DNA of 64,000 bases, taken from an uncultured archaeon. Its GTDB lineage: Archaea; Nanobdellota; Nanobdellia; Pacearchaeales; GW2011-AR1. The stretch is taken from NCBI GenBank assembly GCA_903831045.1, contig CAIKWG010000042.1, forward strand, positions 13,239-77,238, written 5' to 3'. The notes under the pieces were generated by a model, which was not told the origin of the DNA, did no database searches, and saw only the letters and a program-made list of their open reading frames with translations. Shown here one piece after another: positions 35,070-41,807 of the stretch. Positions within the stretch are counted from its first letter, which is position 1. Every line of letters begins with the position of its first letter. The position numbers were made by a program, and so were the translations under genes.

Positions 35070-35384
35070 ATGAAAGATTTAATGCCTGAAGCTATCAAAT
35101 TGGTAGACAAAAAATTTAATCAAAAAGTAAGGAGACTGATGGCAGCACAAACCGCAGTTCTTGTGCTTTTCCTATTACTCTTTTTCCAAAAGGTAATAAC
35201 TGTTGTTAGCTGTTCGATTGCTTTGGCAGTTCCAATTTTGGTTACATTACTTGTGTGGTTAATTTACAAGAGGGAGTATAAAGAGGAGATAAGAATTCTT
35301 ACCTTGAAATCTTTTCTTGCTAACCTTGTTGGTTATGGATTGGGAATTGCTTCTGGAGCAATTTTAGAAGCTATTGTTCATTAA
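35070..35384 (+). CDS. small membrane protein
   Basis: 104 aa with 3 TM. Confidence 0.55.
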   Translation: MKDLMPEAIKLVDKKFNQKVRRLMAAQTAVLVLFLLLFFQKVITVVSCSIALAVPILVTLLVWLIYKREYKEEIRILTLKSFLANLVGYGLGIASGAILEAIVH

Positions 35385-35427
35385 TTATTCTTAATTAATT
35401 TCTTTAACATTTAATTTTTAATTTATT

Positions 35428-35748
35428 ATGAAAAAAGCATATAAATTTACTTGGACGTGGAAACAGTTTTTGACTGTTTATTTTCTAATTGTTCTTATAG
35501 GAGTGCTGGCTGGTTGTGCTAATGTCACTCCTATTGAATCTGTTGGAGTAGTGCATCATTACGGTTTCTTTAGTGGAGTGTGGCACGGTATTGTTGCTCC
35601 ATTCAGCATTTGGGGTTCTCTCTTTTGGCCCAAATCAATTGCTTTCTATGGGTTGATCAATACTGGCTGGTGGTATAACTTCGGATTTCTTTTTGGCATG
35701 AGTGTAGTGTTGGGCGGGGGAGGACGTGCTACTTCTGGTAGTAAATAA
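35428..35748 (+). CDS. lipoprotein-like membrane protein
   Basis: Lipobox VLAGC; Gly/Trp-rich TM segments. Confidence 0.55.
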   Translation: MKKAYKFTWTWKQFLTVYFLIVLIGVLAGCANVTPIESVGVVHHYGFFSGVWHGIVAPFSIWGSLFWPKSIAFYGLINTGWWYNFGFLFGMSVVLGGGGRATSGSK

Positions 35749-35775
35749 TTCATTGACTGGTTAAGTAATAAAAAA

Positions 35776-35816
35776 ATATCTCCATCTTCGCAAGAAGCTC
35801 TGGAGATATTTTTTTT
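35776..35816. terminator. bidirectional hairpin terminator at the block/core junction
   Basis: A-run, ATATCTCCA...TGGAGATAT, then T-run between convergent 35428-35748 (+) and rpoD (-). Confidence 0.6.
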
Positions 35817-35941
35817 GTATTAATATATGAAAATATATTCATATGTAATTATAAAGAGAAATCTCAACTATATTTTTTTGCAAAATTTTCTTACCCGAAC
35901 AATAGCCGAAGGGCAAAATTAATCTGTTAGCCGATTAAGTC

Positions 35942-36658
35942 TTACTTTAAATGTTTTAAGAATTCTTTGAAATCTTTTTCCAGAGCATCAATTGCTTTTT
36001 CTAAAATTTCTCTAGCTTCTAACTGACCAAAAGATTCAACAACAAAAACAAGTTCCCCTGTTTCCTTTAGTTCAGCCTTTTCACCAGCTTTTTCGCATAT
36101 AGCTTCACAATAGTCTGCAAGTGAATTAATCTGATCATCTATAATAATTATTTTGTCACCTTTCTCTTTAATCTTATTATTTGGGAATGTTTTCTTTATT
36201 TGCTCAGCAAATTTCTTACTTAGAGTAATTTCATACATTTCTCTATAGAAAATAAGTCCAGGAGAGAATTTAGCATGTTCTTCACCAATACCTAATTTTG
36301 TAGTCATCTCAATATCAACTTCTTGACCATCATGAAGTAATAGGATTGGCATCTTGTCATAAACAACTTCAGCATCTCCCTTTATGTCTCCAGAATAAAC
36401 CATTCCAGCTTTCTTAACTTTTAACTTTAATTTATGACTATCTCCTTCTTTGTAGGATTTTTCCATCTTTAATGGAATTAAACCAATTCTATGAGCTACA
36501 GTTTCATCATATAAAGAAGAGTCATTCTTTGAAATCTTTAATTCATTGATTGTAATAACTGGAACTCTATTAACACTTCTTCTCAAAGCATTTGCTAAAG
36601 TCTCGTTAATTTTTGCACTAAAAGCGTATTTGTTTTTTGTTTTTCCTATTTGTTCCAT
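35942..36658 (-). CDS. rpoD: DNA-directed RNA polymerase subunit D (Rpo3)
   Basis: ANALRRSVNRVPV...HRIGLIPLKM motifs; follows uS13-uS4-uS11 as in the archaeal operon. Confidence 0.85.
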   Translation of the reverse strand: MEQIGKTKNKYAFSAKINETLANALRRSVNRVPVITINELKISKNDSSLYDETVAHRIGLIPLKMEKSYKEGDSHKLKLKVKKAGMVYSGDIKGDAEVVYDKMPILLLHDGQEVDIEMTTKLGIGEEHAKFSPGLIFYREMYEITLSKKFAEQIKKTFPNNKIKEKGDKIIIIDDQINSLADYCEAICEKAGEKAELKETGELVFVVESFGQLEAREILEKAIDALEKDFKEFLKHLK

Positions 36659-36688
36659 TTTTTTATCATCAAAAAAGTCTATTTAAAC

Positions 36689-37177
36689 TTATGGTCTTCT
36701 ACCTCTTCTTCCTCCCTTCTTTTTAGGTCCACCACGAGGTATTCTTGTTGAATCAAGGATATTCAATATCTTAAATCCTTCTCTTGAAAGACTTTTAACA
36801 ATTGAATGAGCTCCAGGACCAGGAGTATTATTTCCAGTCTTAGCTCTGATTCTAATATAAAATGATTTTATTCCAAGTTCTTTTGCTTCTTCTATAATTC
36901 TCTTTGCAATAAACATAGCAATTGTTGGATTTGCTTTCAAACGGTCATGTTTAGTTACCATTCCCCCAGTAACCTTTGAGATTGTCTTTCCAGACATATC
37001 TGTAACATGAACAATTGTGTTATTATAAGAAGTGTAAATATTCATAATTGCTTCGGCTTCTTTGCTAACAGTAATCTTATTTTCTTTTGAAATTGCTTCT
37101 TCTGGAAGTTCTTCTACTTCTTCAATTTGAATCTTTTCTTCATCGTTTTTTTCTACTTCTTCTTTTTTCTTTGCCAT
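36689..37177 (-). CDS. rps11: 30S ribosomal protein uS11 with acidic N-terminal extension
   Basis: NNTIVHVTD...GPGAHSIVKSL...RIPRGGPKKKGGRRGRR. Confidence 0.9.
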   Translation of the reverse strand: MAKKKEEVEKNDEEKIQIEEVEELPEEAISKENKITVSKEAEAIMNIYTSYNNTIVHVTDMSGKTISKVTGGMVTKHDRLKANPTIAMFIAKRIIEEAKELGIKSFYIRIRAKTGNNTPGPGAHSIVKSLSREGFKILNILDSTRIPRGGPKKKGGRRGRRP

Positions 37178-37178
37178 T

Positions 37179-37637
37179 TTATTTTGCTACCTTCTTTGAT
37201 TTAATTGTAATCTTATCTTCAAGTTCTAACGGAACAACATATGAAGGAATGTTTATAATCTTTCCATCAACCATAACCTTTTTATGAACAATCATTTGTC
37301 TTGCAGTCTTTACAGTTGAAGCAAGGCCTTTTTTATAGATAACTGTTTGTAGTCTTCTGTTCAAATAATCTTTTTTATCTAAGGATAAAACATCTGAGAT
37401 TGATTTAACATTAATACCAATTTTATTTAATCTTCCGAAAAATGCTTTTTGTTCGGCAGGTTCAGCTTTAATTAAATCCTTTGCCTTTCTTCTCATAACC
37501 TTAACTTTTGCATCTGCTCTCCAAATTTCTTTTTTATTCTTTAATCCAAATTCTGTTTTGATTTCTCCTTCTTCAACAATTCTTACTTTGTCAAAGGGTC
37601 TTTTTGGTCTTGAGTATAGTTTATGTTTTCTTTTCAT
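37179..37637 (-). CDS. rps4: 30S ribosomal protein uS4
   Basis: YSRPKRPFDK...FGLKNKKEIW...; S4 RNA-binding domain at the C-terminus. Confidence 0.9.
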   Translation of the reverse strand: MKRKHKLYSRPKRPFDKVRIVEEGEIKTEFGLKNKKEIWRADAKVKVMRRKAKDLIKAEPAEQKAFFGRLNKIGINVKSISDVLSLDKKDYLNRRLQTVIYKKGLASTVKTARQMIVHKKVMVDGKIINIPSYVVPLELEDKITIKSKKVAK

Positions 37638-37638
37638 T

Positions 37639-38127
37639 TTATCTTTCCGGTGCCTTAACCACTACTGCGGTTTTCTTTTTAATTCCTGATCCTTTTCTTC
37701 TATTCTTTCTGAAGTGACTCTTAGTTCTTTGTCCTCTTACTGGAAGTCCACTAGCATGTCTCAATCCTCTGTAACTCTTTATCTTCTTTAATCTCTTAAC
37801 ATCCATTTCGTTTTTTAATTCTAGGTCTGAACTTAATAGATGATTTGATTCTCCTGTCTCAAAATCATTTTGTCTGTTCATTAAATATGTCGGTAATGCT
37901 GGTTTTTTCATAAAATCTGTAATTTTTTGAATTTCAGCTTCGCTCAAAGAATCAATTGTTCTTTTTTTATCAATTTTTAATTTCTTACAAATTGCATTTG
38001 ACATTGCCCAGGAAATCCCTTTAATCTGAGTTAATCCAGCATAAACTGCTGTTTTCCCTTCTATGTCTTTCGCAATTATTCTTACAATTCTTCCTTCATG
38101 TTTGTGTTCTTCTATTTGTTTTCCCAT
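37639..38127 (-). CDS. rps13: 30S ribosomal protein uS13
   Basis: LTQIKGISWAMSNAICKK...YRGLRHASGLPVRGQRTKS. Confidence 0.9.
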   Translation of the reverse strand: MGKQIEEHKHEGRIVRIIAKDIEGKTAVYAGLTQIKGISWAMSNAICKKLKIDKKRTIDSLSEAEIQKITDFMKKPALPTYLMNRQNDFETGESNHLLSSDLELKNEMDVKRLKKIKSYRGLRHASGLPVRGQRTKSHFRKNRRKGSGIKKKTAVVVKAPER

Positions 38128-38129
38128 TT

Positions 38130-38663
38130 TTATGATATGAATAAATTATATCTCTCCATTTCAGTCAATTCTTCCAGGATTCTTTTTTCTACTGCTTTCA
38201 TTGGATCCGGAAGGTTTTGAACCCTCTTCTTCATTTCTTCAAATGATTCAAAAGGTTTTTCTTCTCTCTGCTTTAGAATCTCTTGCATGTGTTTCTTTCC
38301 TATTCCAGGCAAAAGTTCAATCTGATGTAATCTCTTATTTATTGCATCAGCCGTATTAAAAAAGTTTACGAATCTTGGTTCATTATCTTTTACGATTTTT
38401 GAAACAACTTCTTGAAGTTGAGATTTTGCAGACTCAGTTAATTTTTCTCTTTTCAACCGTCCGAGAATGTAATAAACTTCGTCTCTCTTCCCTTCTCCAA
38501 TATAAACTCTATCTCCTACTGTTAGTGTTACTCCTCTCCTAGGAACTAGCTCCAGAAGAGTTAAATTTTGTTCACCTACTGCTTGTGCTATAGGCATCAT
38601 TCGTTTTTCCAAAGGATAACCGTTTGGTAAATACTCTAGTATAATTGCATATTCTTCTTTCAT
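38130..38663 (-). CDS. DUF655-type OB-fold/HhH nucleic-acid-binding protein
   Basis: Conserved archaeal protein usually found next to rpoF/eL21; AAGGAGAG SD upstream. Confidence 0.7.
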   Translation of the reverse strand: MKEEYAIILEYLPNGYPLEKRMMPIAQAVGEQNLTLLELVPRRGVTLTVGDRVYIGEGKRDEVYYILGRLKREKLTESAKSQLQEVVSKIVKDNEPRFVNFFNTADAINKRLHQIELLPGIGKKHMQEILKQREEKPFESFEEMKKRVQNLPDPMKAVEKRILEELTEMERYNLFIS

Positions 38664-38725
38664 TTAAATTGCTCTCCTTAATTCCATTTGAATGCATGAA
38701 AAATTTATTTTTACTTTCATCTTCT

Positions 38726-39025
38726 TTATTTGTGTTCTTTAATTGTGTCCAAAATAATGGTTGTTTCATTTTCATCGATGTTTGATTCAGGTAAAACTTT
38801 TGTTAAACCGTCTTTGTCTTCGGGAAGTATTTCAATTAGCTTTGAAATATTACTCTTATTTAATTTAATTAGGTTCAAATCATTTAGTTTTTTTCTTAAT
38901 TCTTCTGCTTTCTCAGGAGATAATTTTGAAAATTGTTTTGCAAATGCAATAACTTCTGGTTGTTTTTCTTTATCAACGTATTTCATTGCTTCCTGCATGC
39001 TTAATGGTTCTCTATTTTTTATCAT
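38726..39025 (-). CDS. rpoF: RNA polymerase subunit F (Rpo4/Rpb4-like)
   Basis: 99 aa; helical HRDC-like; position between eL21 and DUF655. Confidence 0.65.
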   Translation of the reverse strand: MIKNREPLSMQEAMKYVDKEKQPEVIAFAKQFSKLSPEKAEELRKKLNDLNLIKLNKSNISKLIEILPEDKDGLTKVLPESNIDENETTIILDTIKEHK

Positions 39026-39029
39026 TTTT

Positions 39030-39287
39030 TTATTCCTGTTTTATTTTTTTTAAATGTATTGGTTCGATAATGAACTGTTTTTCTTTTCTCATAGTTTTAA
39101 TTCTTACAATATAAGATCTTCCTCTCTTTCCTTCAATAGTTCCAGTCATTCCTTGAAGTCTTTCTGGAAAACCAAAAGCTTTTGATTTTTCAATTATTAC
39201 TGCAACCTTATCTCCATCCTGAAACTTCTGGAAAAATTTACTCAACGAAAATTTTCCTCTGGTTCGAATTGATTTTTTTCCACTCAT
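39030..39287 (-). CDS. rpl21e: 50S ribosomal protein eL21
   Basis: RTRGKFS...FQDGDKVAVII...GMTGTIEGKRGRSYIVRI. Confidence 0.85.
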   Translation of the reverse strand: MSGKKSIRTRGKFSLSKFFQKFQDGDKVAVIIEKSKAFGFPERLQGMTGTIEGKRGRSYIVRIKTMRKEKQFIIEPIHLKKIKQE

Positions 39288-39308
39288 AAATTATTCAAAA
39301 TAAATCCC

Positions 39309-39316
39309 TTTAAAAA
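39309..39316 (-). promoter_or_regulatory. archaeal TATA box, leaderless spacing
   Basis: TTTTTAAA on the minus strand, 21 nt before the eL21 ATG. Confidence 0.5.
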
Positions 39317-39462
39317 CCTATCCCTTAGAACAATAAGAACTCTATTGTGGGGTGAACGAATTTGTATTTTTTTAACAGATGAGATTGTTCTACCGAGGAG
39401 TAATTGTTCTCAAAAGAATAGAATCAAATTTACCAATAGGAACAGGTTCAGAAGTCGTATTT

Positions 39463-39648
39463 TTAATAAATCTTCTTTGGATCTAGATTGGTGCTACAAA
39501 GGTCATCTCTGGCTTTTGCATCTCCCATGTTTTGGAGAATAGCTTTGAACATCTTCTCTCCCCAAACCATAACACCGCATCTATTACATACTTCTACTGC
39601 TCTGTCGTCAGAAATTTCAGCTTTGCAATAAACACATTTTCCTACCAT
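39463..39648 (-). CDS. small zinc-ribbon protein
   Basis: CVYC...CNRC motif; 61 aa. Confidence 0.55.
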   Translation of the reverse strand: MVGKCVYCKAEISDDRAVEVCNRCGVMVWGEKMFKAILQNMGDAKARDDLCSTNLDPKKIY

Positions 39649-39731
39649 CTTTTTTTTACCTTTTTTATTAAGATTAATCTTTTTATTATTTGGACTATTT
39701 AAAGATTTATATTTCCAATATCATAGTAACC

Positions 39732-39739
39732 TTTAAAAA
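39732..39739 (+). promoter_or_regulatory. archaeal TATA box, leaderless spacing
   Basis: TTTAAAAA, 21 nt before the rpoN ATG. Confidence 0.55.
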
Positions 39740-39760
39740 CTCATTTTATAACATAATATT

Positions 39761-39958
39761 ATGATAATTCCTATTAGATGTTTTTCCTGTGGAAAACCAA
39801 TTGCGCATTTGTGGGAAGACTACAAAAAGCGAGTAGAAGCAGGCGAAGCTCCTAAAAAAGTTCTTGATGAATTAGAATTAGAAAGATTCTGTTGCAGATC
39901 AATGTTTCTAGGTCAATCAGATTTAATTGAATTAACTTCTAGATTCAAAAAGTCCTAA
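39761..39958 (+). CDS. rpoN: RNA polymerase subunit N (Rpo10/Rpb10)
   Basis: MIIPIRCFSCGKPI...ERFCCRSMF. Confidence 0.9.
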   Translation: MIIPIRCFSCGKPIAHLWEDYKKRVEAGEAPKKVLDELELERFCCRSMFLGQSDLIELTSRFKKS

Positions 39959-39988
39959 ATTTCTACTTAATTTTTACTTCTTCTAGAA

Positions 39989-40153
39989 TTAAAAATTTAA
40001 TATAAAATAAGTTATAGCACATAATAGAGTAAGTGTTGCACATGTTAGATGATATTTGAAAACAGGCTTCCCGTGATGTACTAATATACCTAGACTAAAT
40101 GTGCAGATTAAAAATACTCCTGCTAGAATTCCAAAAATTGTTGTTATATCCAT
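39989..40153 (-). CDS. small 2-TM protein (54 aa, below ORF-track cutoff)
   Basis: Hand translation MDITTIFGILAGVFLICTFSLGILVHHGKPVFKYHLTCATLTLLCAITYFILNF; GGAGGAGG before ATG. Confidence 0.45.
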   Translation of the reverse strand: MDITTIFGILAGVFLICTFSLGILVHHGKPVFKYHLTCATLTLLCAITYFILNF

Positions 40154-40173
40154 TTGACCTCCTCCTTCCGTAA

Positions 40174-40266
40174 TGCGCCGACTGGGATTCGGACCCAGGT
40201 CTCCTGGTCGCTTCGTATGTTACCATACTTGGAAGCCAAGAATTCTAACCACTGAACTATCAGCGC
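40174..40266 (-). tRNA. tRNA-Gly(UCC) with about 21-nt intron at the canonical 37/38 site
   Basis: GCGCTGA...CTTGG-CTTCCA-[AGTATGGTAACATACGAAGCG]-A-CCAGG...CTGGG-TCCGAAT-CCCAG-TCGGCGC-A; T loop non-canonical (C55). Confidence 0.7.
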
Positions 40267-40344
40267 ATAAAAAAAGTAGACACCTATCATTTAAAAAATT
40301 ATCCATTACCAAATATTTATTAATTAAGAATGAATCTTTAATCC

Positions 40345-40818
40345 ATGGAAAATAAGAGAGTGTTTGTAGCAATTGAATTAATAATCTTGCTTGTTATGGG
40401 ATTAATCACATTTATAGAATTTTTTGATTTTAATTTTTTTGAGAGGGTTTTTAATCTTGTTCAAGACCCAGTTTCTTGGTTAATTGGTTTGAGTTTCGGT
40501 TTTGTGTTCTCAAATTTAATAAAAACAATAAAAACAAAAACAGAAAAGATTAAGTTAGTAAAAGAGAAAGGCCATTTTGCCATTTTCTTAGCAGATTTGA
40601 TTATAATTGCTTTAATCTCGACAGGTGTGAAAGCACTAGCACTTTCCTTCTTCAATAGTTTCTTTATCTATTTCCATGTTCTATTTTTACAATGGATGAT
40701 GTTCTTGTATTTATCTTTCAAAGTAAAGAATGATTATGAAATCTCAGGGAAATATCTTCTCACAACAGAATTAATTATTCTTTTCTATACTGCAATTGTT
40801 TTAGCATTTATTGCATAA
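40345..40818 (+). CDS. integral membrane protein
   Basis: 157 aa with about 5 TM. Confidence 0.55.
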   Translation: MENKRVFVAIELIILLVMGLITFIEFFDFNFFERVFNLVQDPVSWLIGLSFGFVFSNLIKTIKTKTEKIKLVKEKGHFAIFLADLIIIALISTGVKALALSFFNSFFIYFHVLFLQWMMFLYLSFKVKNDYEISGKYLLTTELIILFYTAIVLAFIA

Positions 40819-40840
40819 ACGCTCGAGGCAGGATTTGAAC
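40819..40840 (-). repeat. orphan copy of the tRNA-Arg(CCU) 3' end (T loop + acceptor 3' strand)
   Basis: acgctcgaggcaggatttgaac is identical to 40892-40913. Confidence 0.8.
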
Positions 40841-40892
40841 TACAACCACCTGCGGGTTCTAGGAGTCCTGCATCCCAAATCCTTCTTAATTA

Positions 40893-40967
40893 CGCTCGAG
40901 GCAGGATTTGAACCTGCGACCTCCGCATTAGGAGTGCGATGCTCTATCCAAGCTGAGCTACCCGAGC
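40893..40967 (-). tRNA. tRNA-Arg(CCU)
   Basis: GCTCGGG-TA-GCTC-AGCTTGGATA-GAGC-A-TCGCA-CTCCTAA-TGCGG-AGGTC-GCAGG-TTCAAAT-CCTGC-CTCGAGC-G. Confidence 0.85.
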
Positions 40968-41039
40968 AGTGTTTGTGTAGCTCAAATATCAACCGCGTCG
41001 AAAAGGAGGTTGAACGTCAAGGGACCTTGGTCTCTTCCG

Positions 41040-41053
41040 TGAGCTACCCGAGC
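41040..41053 (-). repeat. orphan copy of the tRNA-Arg(CCU) 5' end (acceptor + D-stem start)
   Basis: tgagctacccgagc is identical to 40954-40967. Confidence 0.7.
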
Positions 41054-41110
41054 TTGTTATTAATTGAGCCTAAGCTAATTAAGCACATTTTTTATAAGAA
41101 GGAGCTATTT

Positions 41111-41272
41111 TTAAATTTCTGTATCAATATTTCTCAAGATTGATCTTATCTCAGAATTCACGTGCCTTAATACTTCTGATTCATTTGCATTTGGATTTTG
41201 AGTTTTGTACTTCATTGCATGAGCTGCCCCAGCAATAATAGCCATCTTCAAAATACTCTCTTTTTCTGCCAT
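41111..41272 (-). CDS. small hypothetical protein (53 aa, below ORF-track cutoff)
   Basis: Hand translation MAEKESILKMAIIAGAAHAMKYKTQNPNANESEVLRHVNSEIRSILRNIDTEI. Confidence 0.4.
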   Translation of the reverse strand: MAEKESILKMAIIAGAAHAMKYKTQNPNANESEVLRHVNSEIRSILRNIDTEI

Positions 41273-41386
41273 GTTGAATTAAATACGTAATCCCTATAAA
41301 AGCTTATCTGTGATGTTTTATAATATTTCAAGAAATAACCTATGCGAAGCTCTCCTTAGGTCGGCATCGTATCTCACTTTGTCCGA

Positions 41387-41469
41387 TGCGAGGGACAGGG
41401 ATCGAACCTGCGCAAGTTTACACTACTGGAGCCTTAATCCAGCCCGTTTGACCACTCCGGCACCCCCGC
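41387..41469 (-). tRNA. class II tRNA-Leu (anticodon loop UUAAGGC; formally AAG, possibly read as UAA)
   Basis: GCGGGGG-TG-CCG...CGG-G-CTGGA-TTAAGGC-TCCAG-long variable arm-GCAGG-TTCGATC-CCTGT-CCCTCGC-A. Confidence 0.75.
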
Positions 41470-41531
41470 ATATTTTTAGCAGGATATTGTGACGGATGGA
41501 CTTTGCCAAAATCTACAAAAAGATTTTGAGC

Positions 41532-41556
41532 TTGACCACTCCGGCACCCCCGCATA
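41532..41556 (-). repeat. orphan copy of the tRNA-Leu 5' end
   Basis: ttgaccactccggcacccccgcata is identical to 41448-41472. Confidence 0.8.
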
Positions 41557-41616
41557 AATCATCAAGAAATTAGAGATATAAAAAGCTTTATAAACCAGAA
41601 AACTATCAAAATTTTG

Positions 41617-41728
41617 AAGACAGTCCTAATAAGGAGGAAACACCTGTTCCCTTTCCGAACACAGAAGTTAAGCCCCTTATGTTGTTGGTAGTAGTGTCCC
41701 AAAAGACGCAAATCCTTCAAACTGTCTT
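41617..41728 (+). rRNA. rrf: 5S rRNA (short, about 112 nt), not linked to 16S/23S
   Basis: Terminal helix AAGACAGT/ACTGTCTT; conserved CCGAACACAGAAGTTAAGCCCC. Confidence 0.75.
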
Positions 41729-41778
41729 TCTTTATTTTTTAATTCTAATTTAAACTTTATTTCTTCTCCTCAATAAAC

Positions 41779-41786
41779 TTTAAATA
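41779..41786 (+). promoter_or_regulatory. archaeal TATA box, leaderless spacing
   Basis: TTTAAATA, 21 nt before the secF ATG. Confidence 0.55.
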
Positions 41787-41807
41787 CCGAGTTATTTTCT
41801 TTCTAAA

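Larger units (their letters stand above)
1..35820 (+). mobile_element. candidate foreign/viral/mobile accessory block (nature unresolved; may be an assembly chimera)
   Basis: 57 co-oriented ORFs, own AT-rich tRNA, reiterated promoter and terminator cassettes, paralog families, no housekeeping genes; signals differ from archaeal half. Confidence 0.35.

Noticed and set aside
1-35820. Alternative genetic code (stop-codon reassignment) in the block
   Set aside because: ORFs are contiguous at high coding density. They end in TAA (most), TAG and TGA, with no fragmentation pattern that would suggest recoding.
37087-39053. Plus-strand ORFs 37087-37287 and 38730-39053, and minus-strand 38572-38775
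   Set aside because: They are antisense to, or overlap, uS11/uS4, rpoF and DUF655. They are Leu/Phe/Ser-rich shadow frames.
40173-41492. Track ORFs 40173-40355, 40811-41143 and 41310-41492
   Set aside because: They run across the tRNA-Gly, tRNA-Arg and tRNA-Leu genes and their fragments, so they are translation artefacts of structured RNA genes.
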